From Dicyema japonicum (Eukaryota > Animalia > Dicyemida), in assembly GCA_011109175.1 (NCBI GenBank), contig RDEW01000089.1, forward strand, positions 62,753 to 126,752: a stretch of DNA of 64,000 nucleotides, in the 5' to 3' direction. Position numbers and translations under genes: made by a program. Of the stretch, positions 34,480-47,150 are shown piece by piece. Numbering within the stretch: the stretch's first letter is position 1; each line of letters begins with the position of its first letter. The notes beneath the pieces were generated by a model. It did not search any database. It saw nothing but the letters and a program-made list of their open reading frames with translations, and had not been told where the DNA came from.

Positions 34480-36150
34480 GTTTTAATGAAACGTAACTGT
34501 ACACGATTAAAAAACAAACAAAAATTGCCATTTTAAAGTTTACTGAATTACCAATAAAATATCAGAAATTTATTTCCAAAAAAGTATAATGCACCTATTT
34601 CTCGTAGATTTATTGATGATCTGAAAAGTAGAAGAGGATCTGAATATATGTTGAAAAACTTACGATCTGACATTTCTCGCAAAGAATATTTAAAGTTTAG
34701 TTTCAGTCATGTTATGTACAAATGTGGACGGTATAGATGAACGAACACCATTGCAATTTGAGATTTTTAAAAATCCTAGATGCTTCAAAAATTTTAAATT
34801 AAAAAAATATGTCACATTTTCTAATTAAAAATGGCCCGGATAGATAGCCGAATATTGAATCAATTTCTTTTGAAATGAGAAATAGAATTTGGGACGCATA
34901 ATATAAAAATTTTGTTTGTTGTAGATCAATGTTCTGACATAAGGTGAATTTCAATAAATTTACATTAGGATTTGGTTGAATTAAGCCAAATTGAAACAAT
35001 ATTTCTACCAGCGATTACAACGTCGTTTTGCAACCACTGGATCAGGGTATAATCAAATCGTAAAAAATGCAATTTGAATTCTCTTAAATTTATAAATATT
35101 ATTCAAAAAATTGAGGCGGTGATGAATCCCTATTGTAGATACAAAAAATTAAACTTAAAGGATGCAATATTATTCACATATTATGCTTGGAACAAAATAG
35201 ATAGTTCTTTAATATTCGAATTCTTCACACGCAAAAATGGATTCAAAACAATGAAACTATAAATAATGAAAAACCGTGTTATTAAAAATTACGGATATAT
35301 TATAGACAAAATGATTATAGCTGCTTTTTCGAAATCAGTCATAATTGTCCTCGGTGATAACGATGGCTCCAATGATTTTAATTCCGAAAAAACTTTTTTA
35401 TAGCTTTCTTCCGTTCTTTTACACATTAAAATGCTTTGGTAAGCCTAGCAAAAACAGTCATTGGTAATTAATCCAAGGAGGGAACGCAAAAGAGAACGTC
35501 TGCTTGTGACAACTAAATTGATCCCGCCAATAATACATGGCAGGCATACGTCAACTTCTGAAGAGAGGTAAAAAAATAGGTCCTCTCTTTTCAATTTTCA
35601 TAGGTCCTACCGTCACGGATACGTGACTCCTATCGCCGAATAATCTCTAAACTCGCAATTTAACTATAATATAAAAAATCAAAATTTCGACCTCTTCTAT
35701 CTAGAAACCCGCCCACGTGGTTCCATGATTTAACTGGGATGAATTTACCGGCGATGAATTTACCGGTTACCCCTTTAGAAGAGACTTTATATCGAAATTG
35801 ACTACAATAAAAATAGAACTTGATTGAATGATTCGGGAGAAAATAGTACAAGAAATTGATAGTGATGAGCCACTTGAAGAAAATCAGAAAAGTGTATCTA
35901 TAAGCGAGTATTTTCTAAGCTTAAATAAATTAAACGAATTCTATAATCAAGAAGAATTCCATAATGCCGAAAATCTTGAATCTGTTGAAAGTTTAATCTT
36001 CAATGATCAAAAAGAAACAATTAATATTACTGATTTTTTGCTTATAATAATTTTTTTGATTTACATTATTATGGATGCAAAAATCAATAAGTCTCTCGAA
36101 TCCGATAGATTTTGCCGATCCCGAAATTGGCGATTCGAGAGACTTTTTTG
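34480..36150 (+). mobile_element. pogo/Tigger transposase remnant, copy A (B 58540-60042, C 60608-62271)
   Basis: MKRNCTRLKNKQK...ISKKYN HTH; ILFVVDQCS; IFLPAITTS-VLQPLDQGIIKS; acidic C-terminus; 3' TIR ggcggattcgagagactttactg|TA, clearest in copy C. Confidence 0.85.
35270..35773 (-). mobile_element. MULE transposase fragment nested in the Tigger element (also about 59290-59790 and 61380-61885)
   Basis: LMCKRTEESYKKVFSELKSLEPSLSPRTIMTDFEKAAI; terminal ggggtaaccggtaaattcatcgccggtaaattcatc. Confidence 0.75.
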
Positions 36151-36669
36151 TATTTAAATTTTACTATTTTTGACTGTATAAGTTATCAGAGGACGTAAGT
36201 TGATCACAATATTTTAAATGGTTCTTAGAATGTTGTTTCGTCATACAAACCTAATAAATCATTGGTAAGATCATCATTTACCAATAAAATTGAAATTTAA
36301 CTATAATCTCTAGAATTAGTACTTGTGGCTACTAAATACAGCTCTCAAGGATTTAGTACCTGTGGCTGCTTCTATGACGTTATTAGATCCACTTACTCAG
36401 GGACGTCCAATCCCTTATCGGCATCAAAAAGATCCACCATTTTATTCCACCATGTGACTGTTTAGCTCCTTGCTAGTAGGACTGGTTTTGACCTACCTAG
36501 ATGAGGCTCTACTGGACCGCGTCAGGATCACACTATTAGTTAGTTTAATTTTACCCTTTGTCTGGAAAAATTTCATTTATTAATGGTATACGAACATTTA
36601 GCAATACAAGTTCTTGTCAGTCAAGTATTGCCTTAAGTATGTTAATTAATTAATTTGACATACTCTATT

Positions 36670-36921
36670 TTTTTTATTTTTTTTACAAAAATTTTTTTTA
36701 ACAATTAAACAAATGTCAGTTGAGGAAGCCTGCTGCGTGGATTGCGAACGAGTTCCCTCGGAGTATGGCTATTCCAATCTTTTCTTAGCCATAACCCTTC
36801 TCGTTGATCCCTTTTCTTTCTGGCAAGCAATCCTCCGAGTTCTCGCAAGAACTCAGCCGTCATTGGACCAACGGCTCGCGATGATTCGGTCGCAACAGGA
36901 GTAAATCGGTAGCGATCCCCG
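36670..36921 (-). mobile_element. 5'-truncated CRE insertion, present in copy A only
   Basis: RFTPVATES...REGLWLR-KIGIAILRGNS; poly(A)-like tail; 10-bp TSD atactctatt at 36660-36669 and 36922-36931; empty site near 62988-62997. Confidence 0.9.
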
Positions 36922-37246
36922 ATACTCTATTGTAATAAATAATTATCCGATCAATATTTGAAAATTAACGACTGATATTTTATTGACGCAGATAAAGGCT
37001 GGAAATGGCAGTAATCAGAGGGAACGCTCGCATTATCATTTGCCGCTTAGTTGAATCACTTTAGTTTATAATTTGTCTTCGCTGTTCTCGTCAAATTTCC
37101 AGTAATTAAATCCGTGTATTCTAGACTTTTTATTTTAATTGAAAAAACAACAAATGGCCTTGTTTTATGTGTTCTCAATTATAAAATAATAAACACAGCA
37201 TGTGTTGTAATATTCGTGTATATTAGAGGCTTTGGAAACATGATTA

Positions 37247-37736
37247 ATGTTGGATTCACGTATATTCGCAGTTATATTAGTCGCGACAATCGCATCAAAA
37301 GGTGGTGATAGTTTGCAACTTAGACTGCTTTGATGGGAGTTGTTATACTTTAGTAAGAGAAGCCCGAAATTATGCTGATGCAAAAAATATTGCGAAAATA
37401 TGGGAGGAAATTTGGCCAATGTCGACAACGAGGAAACTACAAAAGTTTATTTATAGTTGACGGAATACAAATAAATTTCTTAGATAAATTTTTCACTCCA
37501 TATAGAACGGTATTTTACATTGCAGTCAACGATATCGAAAAAGAAGGACATTCGTGGATTCTTATGGAAATGTGCAAGTAGAAATATGATATAATAAGAA
37601 ATACTTAAAATGGAGACGAGGTGAACCAAACAACGTTAATAACGAAGATTGTGTCTACGTTAGTTGGGGTGGATCTTGGTATGATCAAAAATGTTTTAAG
37701 AAACATTCTTTTCTTTGTGAAACTGATGGTTATTAA
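37247..37736 (+). CDS. Secreted single-domain C-type lectin (EPN motif), copy A; two 1-nt frameshifts as assembled
   Basis: MLDSRIFAVILVATIASK signal; CFDGSCY; FYIAVNDIEKEG; WRRGEPNN..NEDC..WYDQKC...FLCE; introns 37302-37323, 37456-37483, 37578-37598. Confidence 0.85.
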
Positions 37737-40379
37737 TTGTATAATCGATAGATGAGTCAATTACCGGTTGCTTTAATTAATTACTGATCTTTCCTTAAAT
37801 TTCTGGTTTTGTTGAGTTTAAGCTTGTAAAGATCATATAATCAATATTTTAGCTTAGCAATGATTTTTGACTATTACATAGAGTAAACCCATATAAGCTA
37901 CAATTCAATACCTGTTGGTGGATGATCATGTTTACAGTCGTTACATCTTCGACTCTAGACTCTTCAGATCATTAAGGTCTTCGCAGTTACTAATGGTTGC
38001 TTTCCATCCTCAGATCTTTATCGACACACTGAATCGTCTTCAGATGATGTGATGTAGTTTTCATTTATGACGTTAGAGATGCGCTTGCATCCATTTTAGA
38101 ATGTGACAAACAGATTCAAGCCTCAGAGACTTATTTTTTTTGTTGGAGATCTCTAATGTAACACTCTCTTTATTCGAATTGGTAGTTTAAGTCCTAAGAG
38201 AAGTTGACTTAGATACTGCATATTAACTTGACCCCTTCTTTTCGAACCTTGTGATTCCCCAAATGCTCTGATCACAGATGAGGATCTGTTTCACAGTGGA
38301 GTCTCTCAGTATAAAACTTAACATGTCCTGGTCTGAGCTATCGATATGTACAACTACACGTATATATTTTCTCGTGTGTAAAGTTAAATGTCTAACAATT
38401 AAGGTTTGAATCCTTTGTGATTTATGGTTCGCCTTTATTGTATTCAGGTATTTTTTCTTACAACTACTGTCTACAATCTACAGTTCTCAATACCTATTTG
38501 ACTTTACAAGTCATCAGTGGAATAAGTATGGTGGATATCACTTCCATGAGCATTTGAAGACTGTGGGGGATGGGTAAGAATATGATAATTGGAGATAATA
38601 TATTAAACTACACGTTTTCTTTATAAGATGAGCATAGGGGAGACATTGTAGCTAAAATTGAAAAAGAGTATTTAGACAGTTGGTTGTGGATACAATATTC
38701 TAATTATATTCAAGCAACTTGCGCAAAGCTCCCTTAAGTGTCCTTGATATACAAATATCGATTTTATAGTGCAATTACCTCAAAAAAAGGTAAATAATAA
38801 AAATTTGAAAATCACTGCTGAAAAAAGTTCTACAAATATACAGTTTCAATTTAAAATGAAAGTCGACCTGAGATCATGTCAACTGTGTCGGATTATAGAT
38901 GTAGCGGTATTCCTTGCAGGAGTACATGGTGATCCCTAAATAAATAGAGCTAGAATATTTAGGTCGCCCTTCCAATGTTGTCACCTCTTTCGTAAAGTGC
39001 AGATTTTCTGCTTACATAACCACAAAAGACTTTCTCTCCTTTACCTATTGAATGCTCCTACACTGTAGTGATGTCAAATCAAACGCACATATCCCTTTAT
39101 GTTTTTCTGCAAAATTGATGAAAATGCATAACTTATAGCTTTAAACTCTACGATAATGGTATCGATATTGTCCCTTATTCAATAAAATAGCTTTCGTAAC
39201 CCATCCATAACTTATGAACGACATTCAAAATTTATATTATTATCCCAAGATAATAAAATATTATCTTAATTAATTCTTAATTTGACATATTTAAAACTAT
39301 GTTAAGAATTCTAAGTACTAGTCACCTGTTACCATGTCTCTCAATTCTAAAAGTTAAATCAATGTTGAAGACATCTAGTTATTTCTTAGAGCACTAGAAC
39401 TAAAAGATATTTAATAAATAATATTATTTAAAATTCGATAATAACAAGTCAACAATTAACTCTAATTTAAGTTCTCAGGCAGTAAATTAGTATCTTTGTA
39501 CGTAGCTCGTCCATTGGAGGTAACATCATACTGCTTGGATGGATTACATACAATGGAAATGAAAAGGAACATGACTATTGTAGAATCAAGTACTGACTCA
39601 AACACTGAATATGAATTAGCTGTATTTTAATACAAAAAAGATGGTCTCTCCCGTCGATCTCCTAAAGGATCTGATGATAGGTTCGAGATTGAAATTTTTA
39701 TCGGTAACATACTTAAAAGACAAATCGAATAATAATCATATTCTCCAAACATTTTACTTGAAATCGCAACATTTCAGGTCAATCACAAATTTTTCTGATG
39801 TGAGTTGAATTCATATAATTAAAGCCAATAGAATTAGCAATTTTAGACTTTCTGTTAATATAAGGAAGAACAATCAACATTCTATTATAACAATGATGTC
39901 CGCAATATGGTTTCAGGGAATGATATAAATATATTGGATTGTTGTATAAGAATTTCGATAATGAAGTCAGTAACTCGTATGCGAATATATTAAATCGTAG
40001 AATTCTTGTTATTGAAGAAATACAGCTTGATTAGAAGATACCAAAATAATTGAGCGTCGATCATTTTGATAACAGCCAGATTAAATTCAATAACAAAAAT
40101 ACGACAGAATACTTACTAAATATATATCAATAGCTGATGTATTATTGTTAAATTGGTTAACCATCTAAAAACATTAAAATTAACCATTTTTTTAATATTT
40201 ATTTTATAGATATTTTTTTACTTTCATCTTAATTATCTTCTAAATTAATAATTTTTAAAGACTGAAGTTGATCACTTGATATTTGGAAAACCGTTATGGA
40301 ATTATAGGTCAAGATTAGGAAACACAATTCCATAGAAATTGCTGGAAATCCCTAACCCACGTCAATGATGAATGAAGTG

Positions 40380-40490
40380 AGATTATTATTATTATCATTT
40401 AAGCCAAAGAAACACCGTCTTAACCAATAACTAATATTCAGGTGATCCCGGCATCTCTCAATAATCGGGCCATTTTTTCTCGATGAGAAT
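40380..40490 (-). mobile_element. LINE 3' end with (TAA)n tail
   Basis: Inverted match to 12790-12890; encodes HREKMARLLRDAGIT*. Confidence 0.6.
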
Positions 40491-41788
40491 TAATAATAAT
40501 TGATATTTAGTTTTAATGAAAAGTTAAATAGGTCAAATGAAAAAATGACCTTTTTAAGTTAAATAGGTCAAATTTTTTCATCGACCTGGGAGACGTCCAA
40601 AACCGAACTACTTGTAAAGATTCATTCCACCAAAGACAACTTAGATCCTTTCTACGACTGAACTGGGCAACAAGAATAAACAAGGAATCACTATATAAAA
40701 TATGTTGTACGGGTCCGAATGGACTTAGATGCTCCAGCTAAAATATCAATACAGAATACTTCATGAGTAAGAAAACGTGTTTATGTGGACGTCTGCGTGT
40801 TACTCTAAAGAAACAATTGATGGAGATTTAATGCTTGTGAACAAAAGTCTAAGAAATGGAGACGATCTGGACGAGTTGAGGAAACTCTATATGATCAAGG
40901 AGGTTGAAAGAGATTGGTTCAGAAGATTGTTTCGAATGCTGCACGAGTGAAATAATGGTTCTACTCATGCTGCATAAAAATAGGTCATGTTATGAATTTA
41001 TTAACCTATTATTTTATCTCCACAGAGTAATTTGATATAACTTTATAATTATCCCTCCATTTTCTGTGTTTTTTCTAAAAATAATATCTATAGTAGATAT
41101 TCAGAAACGGAGAATATTGAAAGTGCCGTCTGCTAAACAATTTTGTAGAAACATGGATCTGCTAAACAATTTGGTAAAAAAATTTCACATGTGGCACCAA
41201 AAATGCTGTGAGACTTTTATAATTCCGGCTAAAATAAACAAATAACATACGACAAAACTCTAAAACTAAATTTAAAATAACTGATTATTTTGGCAAAAAA
41301 TGTTGTTTGATGTTAATCCTTGATTCAATTTAGAAATAGTAATATACCCTTGTTTTTGAGGCACCCCCGCATTTTGGGGAACTTGGTGCCCTATTTAGGT
41401 ATCGGACAAACCATCATGATAATCGCCATTATAGGGTAACAATGAATACAACCAAGATCGACACCTGTGAAGGGACCACACATTTTCGACGTCTTTTCAG
41501 GTAAAATGGCATAATTCATAATCAAATACATCTACCAAGGACATGATCTAGATGACTCCATAAAATCACATCAAGTGTATTATAAGGATGTTAAAGAGAA
41601 AGTCAGAGATCACCTAATACTTTTCCTATATTGGTGATTCTTGGTTAAGTAAATGTAATGACATTCGATGTACTGATTAGCTTCGAATAGACCATTATTA
41701 ATCACCTAGTGAATTTTGGATTACAAATGATGTTTCACTATTTACGGTATTGTCATAGATTTGATTTACTGTCACGTTGAGTAAGCTA

Positions 41789-41879
41789 TGAGAAGCTACG
41801 AGAGGAGAGAAATTAGCGTCGTTGAAGTAGTTGAATCTTCTGCATGGGAAATTTGAAAATATTAGTGAAATTAGCGAAA
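41789..41879 (+). repeat. 91-bp repeat with an inverted partner at 45868-45958
   Basis: Reverse-complement match with 3 mismatches. Confidence 0.85.
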
Positions 41880-41981
41880 AGCTACGAATAATACATCCTC
41901 CGCTGTCCAATTCAAAATGGCTTCCAATTATTTTTTTCAAGTTTTAGACAAGTTCATCATTAAACATAACGAGATATTGTT

Positions 41982-42250
41982 AAAATGTTCTACATAGCCA
42001 TTAAATCAATTTTTATAAGATTTAAAAAATGACTTTTTTACTTAAAGATGTCGAGGACCTTGGTAAATGTACAACTTACCCCTAGAACCCGTTAAAATCA
42101 ATTTTTATAAGATTTAAAAAAGATGACTTTATTACCTAAAAATGTCGAGGACCTTGGTAAAATGTTCTACATAGCCATCTAAATATATTTTTATAAGATT
42201 TAAAAAAAGATGACTTTTTTACCTAAAAATGTCGAGGACCTTGGTAAATA
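41982..42250 (+). repeat. Three-unit tandem repeat (about 85-95 bp per unit)
   Basis: Core ttttataagatttaaaaaa..tgacttt..cctaaaaatgtcgaggaccttggtaaa three times, with A-B-A spacers. Confidence 0.9.
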
Positions 42251-43679
42251 TAATTGGAGGCCATTTTGAATGGACACGATGGAAATCGATAAGGAGGCTC
42301 AAGAAGTGCTCTCCACTTTTAATTGGACATCGAGAGTCATGTGCAAATCCCAATGACATTATGAAGTACTATGTGAATATTAGTATATACCACATTCAAA
42401 AGACCTGGTTGTTCGTTTAGGCCACGGTCAAAGGGATAAATGTCCCAACATGACTTTCTTCCGATTAAGATTGCATTATGAAAACTATTTCGCTACAGAA
42501 TGAAGTGATGTCCCCGACGGTAGGACGTGGGACAAAAATGGAAGAAGGCCTACTACTCCACCTCTCTTCGCAGGCGTAAGCCTGTAATGAAATATCGGAA
42601 TATTGATTTGGTCGACACAAGCAGATGTTCTCCCTTTGGTTCCTTCCTTGGATTAGTTAGTTATGACTGTTGTGCTGGGCTTACAATGGTAAGCCTGGGG
42701 TTAATAATAAAACAGGACTTTCTTCGACCCTCCAATGGTGCATTCAATAAACAGGAAAATGAATAACTCGTCGTCCCGCGGTTCAGATAACATCTCCATT
42801 CTCGAACTGAAAACCTGGGTAATAACAAAAAATTTCAATCTCTCAATAAACGAGAACAAAATCCCGTCAATATGAAAGACCTATCTGAAGATGCAGCCTA
42901 TCCTGAAGAAAAACAAACCAGAATTCTTGGTTGCAGTGAAACATCTAAGAGTCGAGGAAGCGACACGATCCGTGCAAGAGATATTAAACCTGATGGGTCT
43001 TGATGAACCATCTAAATATATCACCAGGAAAATCACATGTAACGACGTTTACCTCACCACAAAAAGAAATACGGTCACGCCAGAAATAAATTGTATGATT
43101 CCCCGCTCCCCATTAAGAAGACCCTTTCAATCATGGAGTTGTATGATTCCCCCATTAAGTCCTCAAGATGGCAAAGTTCCCTGACCATCTCTTCGGGCCT
43201 CACATCAAACTATTTATGGACGTCTGCCTGAGATATGAGAAGAACCTTCCCCGCTGTGCAGATTAATCCAGGACTCCAAAAACTAACCGCAGAAAAAAAC
43301 TGGTATGGACACTAGGATCACTTAATTAGACGATAACTTTTATCCTCTTTAATAAATTAAATAAATAAAATAAATCGTTACTGAAGTAAGTTTTCCTGTC
43401 ATCTTTCAAGAAAATTTCCCATTCTGACCAGAATTATACTTCTTAATGAAAAGCAACATTTTGTTCCCAAGATCCCAGCCTCCCTCAACACCTGAATTTT
43501 GTTTATTTTGGATATGACGGTGGTTTTCTGGTTCAATAATAATAATATGATCTTCTCATTACCGAGTTCCCCTTATTTTCATGAGTCTGATTCTCTCATA
43601 TCTCTGCAGGATCTTATCAGACAGACGACTGAAGAAATCCTCAATATCAGTTTTGACAGCACTGGCTGATCCCAAGTAA

Positions 43680-44545
43680 AGCTCCCGATAAGGTTGAGGG
43701 AATTGGTGTGAGGTCTACTGCCGATTTGGCCATTCCATGCTACCCATCGTCCCTCGTATGCTGTCGCGTCTTGGGCAACTCAATTTTATATTTCTACCAC
43801 GGATTGAGTCTGAACCCTCTGCTTGACGTGGTTGTGCAGCAATGGACAGCGAACAGGTTTGGTATTCAGAAGAACTTTACATCTCAAAAGGACTGGGATG
43901 AAACCCTTTGTGAAAGAAAGTAAATGAACTTTGAAGGTCCGCTGATACCCATCGTCGCACATGTCTAAATGCTGCGTCCACTGAGAATTCGGGGTCCTGG
44001 CTCAATCCCTTTCCGGTACGGGCAGTTGGTACTCTGCTTGATAGGAATAGAATCCGCGTTGAAGTTGTTCTCGGCTAGGCCTTGAATCTGATGTGGTGGG
44101 ATGTTTGAAAGGAAAGGACTACACCCGATGTCATGCAGACGGAGCTCCAGGAGATTCCTTCGTCACATCATGTTAAACGCTACAGTCATAAGGGCTATCG
44201 AAGACGCCTGGTTTACTTGTTTTCTGGAACTCGTCGGTCTTGACAGAGGGATGGAAAGCATAATAACCATGCCATGAGCCGAGAAAGGTGTCTTGATTGG
44301 GACATTTTCTTCAATGAGAATTTGCTTAAGTAATCGTTGCACGTAGGTTCCGCAGCGAGTATTGCTGAAGATTTGAAAAGGAGTACGACGGACCGGTTCG
44401 TTCTGCCGATCTCCGTTGAGACGTCTGGGGTTATTGACCCGAATACGTCTGATTTTATCGAGTTAATCTGACTGCTTGCAGGGAAACAGAATGGCGAACC
44501 TATAATGAGGAGATGGCTTTTCCAGAACATTGGGCAACAAGAGAT
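43680..44545 (+). mobile_element. CRE-clade element, degenerate second subfamily
   Basis: GIGVRSTADLAIPCY, SGSWLNPFP, RHIMLNATVIRAI..LELVGLDRG, LPISVETSG, RRWLFQNIG. Confidence 0.8.
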
Positions 44546-44997
44546 CATTACTTCAAATTGAATACTAACAAATTCGGCACTTTTTTGACCCTTAATTAAA
44601 TGTCAATCCCCTCCACTAACTATTAAAATCTAGGATCACATACGACCCCCTTATGCGTCATGGGGCACAAACCTATACCATACAAACCTAAAGATAATTA
44701 ATTTTCTTTCAAGAAACAATCATGGAGGCCCTACAAAGGTCCTTTTTGCCACTAATGCCAACTTCGTTCGAGGGAACTTGTGAGGTGAACGGAGACAATT
44801 GAAATCTCTAAATTCCGAAAAGTGTCCTCATTCAATTGCTGAGAGTTGTACTTTTTTTCTGATTCTGCAAGGGAATCTTAAAATTATTAAAGTCTATTCC
44901 ATTCTAGTAATTATTCTATTAATAAATTTTTATTTAATAATTTTTAATATAAATAAATTTTGTTTATTTAAATTTGTAACGTGCTTATTGTTTCTTG

Positions 44998-45191
44998 ATG
45001 GGTCACGCTAACGTTTTCTATTCACATCCTCGTAATTACGGACAAGGATCGCGTGCTTGGTATTTAATCTAATTTATATTAGTCGAATGTGCGGGAATCG
45101 ACATGGGCTGATCAGGAAGTATGCTCTTTTCGTGTGTCGTCAATGCTTCCGTGATAATGCCAAGTCACTTGGCTTCAAGAAATTGGATTAG
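44998..45191 (+). CDS. RPS29: 40S ribosomal protein S29 (uS14), two exons: 44998-45059 and 45083-45191
   Basis: Removing the 23-nt intron gtatttaatctaatttatattag gives [56 protein letters not shown] (56 aa, four Zn-binding Cys). Confidence 0.97.
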
Positions 45192-45867
45192 TCTTTTATT
45201 CTTTTTGTTAATTTCATTTTAAAAGTTATTAATTTTGGTTATATTTGCTCATATCTGCCAGGGAGAGAGACCTCCAAGCAGTCACTGGGGTCACACAAAA
45301 TTCTGTGACCCAATGTTTGCTCAACTGTGACTTGAGATTTCCCCAACCAAATCCTTTACAATATTATTCACTACAAGTGGCTACAACATCATAGTGTCGT
45401 GTAGTTCTTTTATTTTGGCTGCACTCAGTCTCAATGAGAATGAAAAAGAACCATTCTCACCCTATTTAGTATCGCTGCATTGGCCAGGTTTCATTATCTC
45501 CGAACCAATGATGGGAGTAATCGATCGGCTTACGTTTTTTATTAAATGATGACGTGGAGTAGCATTGTTACTATTTTATATACTACTTGAGACAATTGAC
45601 AGCAAATAGAAATACCCATGTAGGAGAACTTTGCTAAAAGAACTCAAGGAGCTGTGTCCTTGATGCAGGGGTGTTGAATCCTCTTGTTCAACTCGAGGCT
45701 TAGACGGTTGAAGAGATAAATTATGTAAAATACTCGGTGTTCTCAGTTGGTTATTTATGTAAAACATAATAAGTTCAGTAAATCTTTGCGAATTGGTTAT
45801 TTTTGATGCTGAATAGAGAATTTAGGTGATAGAGAATATCACTTAATATTTCTCGAAAACATTTGAA

Positions 45868-45958
45868 TTTCGCTAATTTCACTATTATTTTCAAATTTTC
45901 CATACAGAAGATTCAACTACTTCAACGACGCTAATTTCTCTCCTCTCGTAGCTTCTCA
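45868..45958 (-). repeat. Inverted partner of 41789-41879
   Basis: Direct comparison of the two sequences. Confidence 0.85.
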
Positions 45959-46189
45959 ATTCAAGTGGATCCTACTTCGAGCCTAAAAACCAGCTAAAAA
46001 AACAACAAACCAACATTTGACGCAACCCACAATCATTATTAAACTACATTAGAAAACTTAAAAACAAATCTTATAATCACACGTGACTTTTACATGATTG
46101 AATGGTAGTTATATATACCTGAGAGTGGTTTTATCAAGTTCCCCCAGTCGGGGTGATACATGTCGTTTCCAGAATTGAAAATTTTCATG

Positions 46190-47150
46190 CCGTGTGACTC
46201 GTCTACGTGGTGGCATCGTTCACTTGAAGTGTTGGAAAAAAGTCACAAACTCCCTATCCCGCAACCGTGGACGCGAAGATAGTGTCGGATCCTGCTCCTT
46301 TCCTGTGGAGATGCCGAGGAAAATCCTCGACAAGAAGACAAGATCTAGTCACATTACAAATTAACATCAATGGCATTTGAACAAAAATCGTCGAAATACA
46401 ACGTTTTCTCGTAAAACATTGAGTGGATATAACCCACGGCGATCAACCCCCAACATTCCGGGATACTCCGTTTTCTGGAGAGACAGAGGTCATGGAAAGG
46501 GAGGAGGCAATATTGCACCAATCAGGAAGCATATAATGGCTAGAAATATTTCAGACGACATCTCGGACTCTTTCCGCCACACACTGGAACAACTAACTCT
46601 GAGAATCTGCCTACCCTCTCCGATTGATAGTTATCAATATGTACATACCCCCTCCACTGTCATGCCTCAGCGGCTACAACCCCGAGCTCAAGCGATTCCC
46701 CAGGTTTGAAAACAGGCTAATTAGCGGTGACCTAAATGCGTACTCATTGGTGTGCTGACCAACCACTCGACATTTCTTTTGCCGCTCCTTCTCTTGCGGC
46801 TGTCATTTCAGGGATGTCATATATGACTTACATACTGACCATAACCCGATCTTCATGAGGATCCCACAAAAACATAAGTTAATGAACACTCCAAGAACCA
46901 ATGTTTACTTCTCAAAGGCAATATGGCCCGCTTTCACATATTTTATCGAACTAAACCTTCAGGCCTCCGGATAGAGGACTTCGGATCTATAGACGCTGCT
47001 GTCAAAGATTATACTCCGAGCTCGCAAAAAATTCATTCCGATAGGTCGTCCTAACGTCCATCACATCCAATTGATGATGAAACGCGAGCTCTAATCCAAA
47101 CGAGAAATAATCTGAATAAATTCGAAAGACAATGAGTGGACGTAACTTGA
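46190..47150 (+). mobile_element. LINE 5' region with APE remnant
   Basis: Leader ...ctacgtggtggcatcgttcacttgaag; LQININGI, GGGNIAPIRK, INMYIPP, ISGDLNA, TDHNPI. Confidence 0.75.

Larger units (their letters stand above)
25590..37940 (+). repeat. Segmental duplication copy A
   Basis: Colinear with 49645-60042 (offset about 24.05 kb) and, from about 33920, with 60044-64000. Confidence 0.95.

Noticed and set aside
38100-39050. Possible additional R4-like RT remnant on the minus strand
   Set aside because: Only vague similarity; no diagnostic motif recovered.
39480-39700. Tc1-like DDE traces (GGNIILLGWITYNG, IQKDG)
   Set aside because: Too short and degenerate to call; no TIR found.
41982-42250. 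CRISPR-like repeat-spacer look
   Set aside because: Eukaryotic context, only three units, ~60-bp imperfect cores, spacers 1 and 3 are alike, and no cas genes.
45288-45311. 8-bp hairpin gggtcaca...tgtgaccc downstream of RPS29
   Set aside because: A single short stem with no convincing snoRNA boxes or other RNA-gene features.
41789-45958. Pack-MULE-like capture of RPS29 between inverted repeats
   Set aside because: No TSD outside the repeats and no transposon-like terminal nucleotides; kept only as a low-interest repeat.
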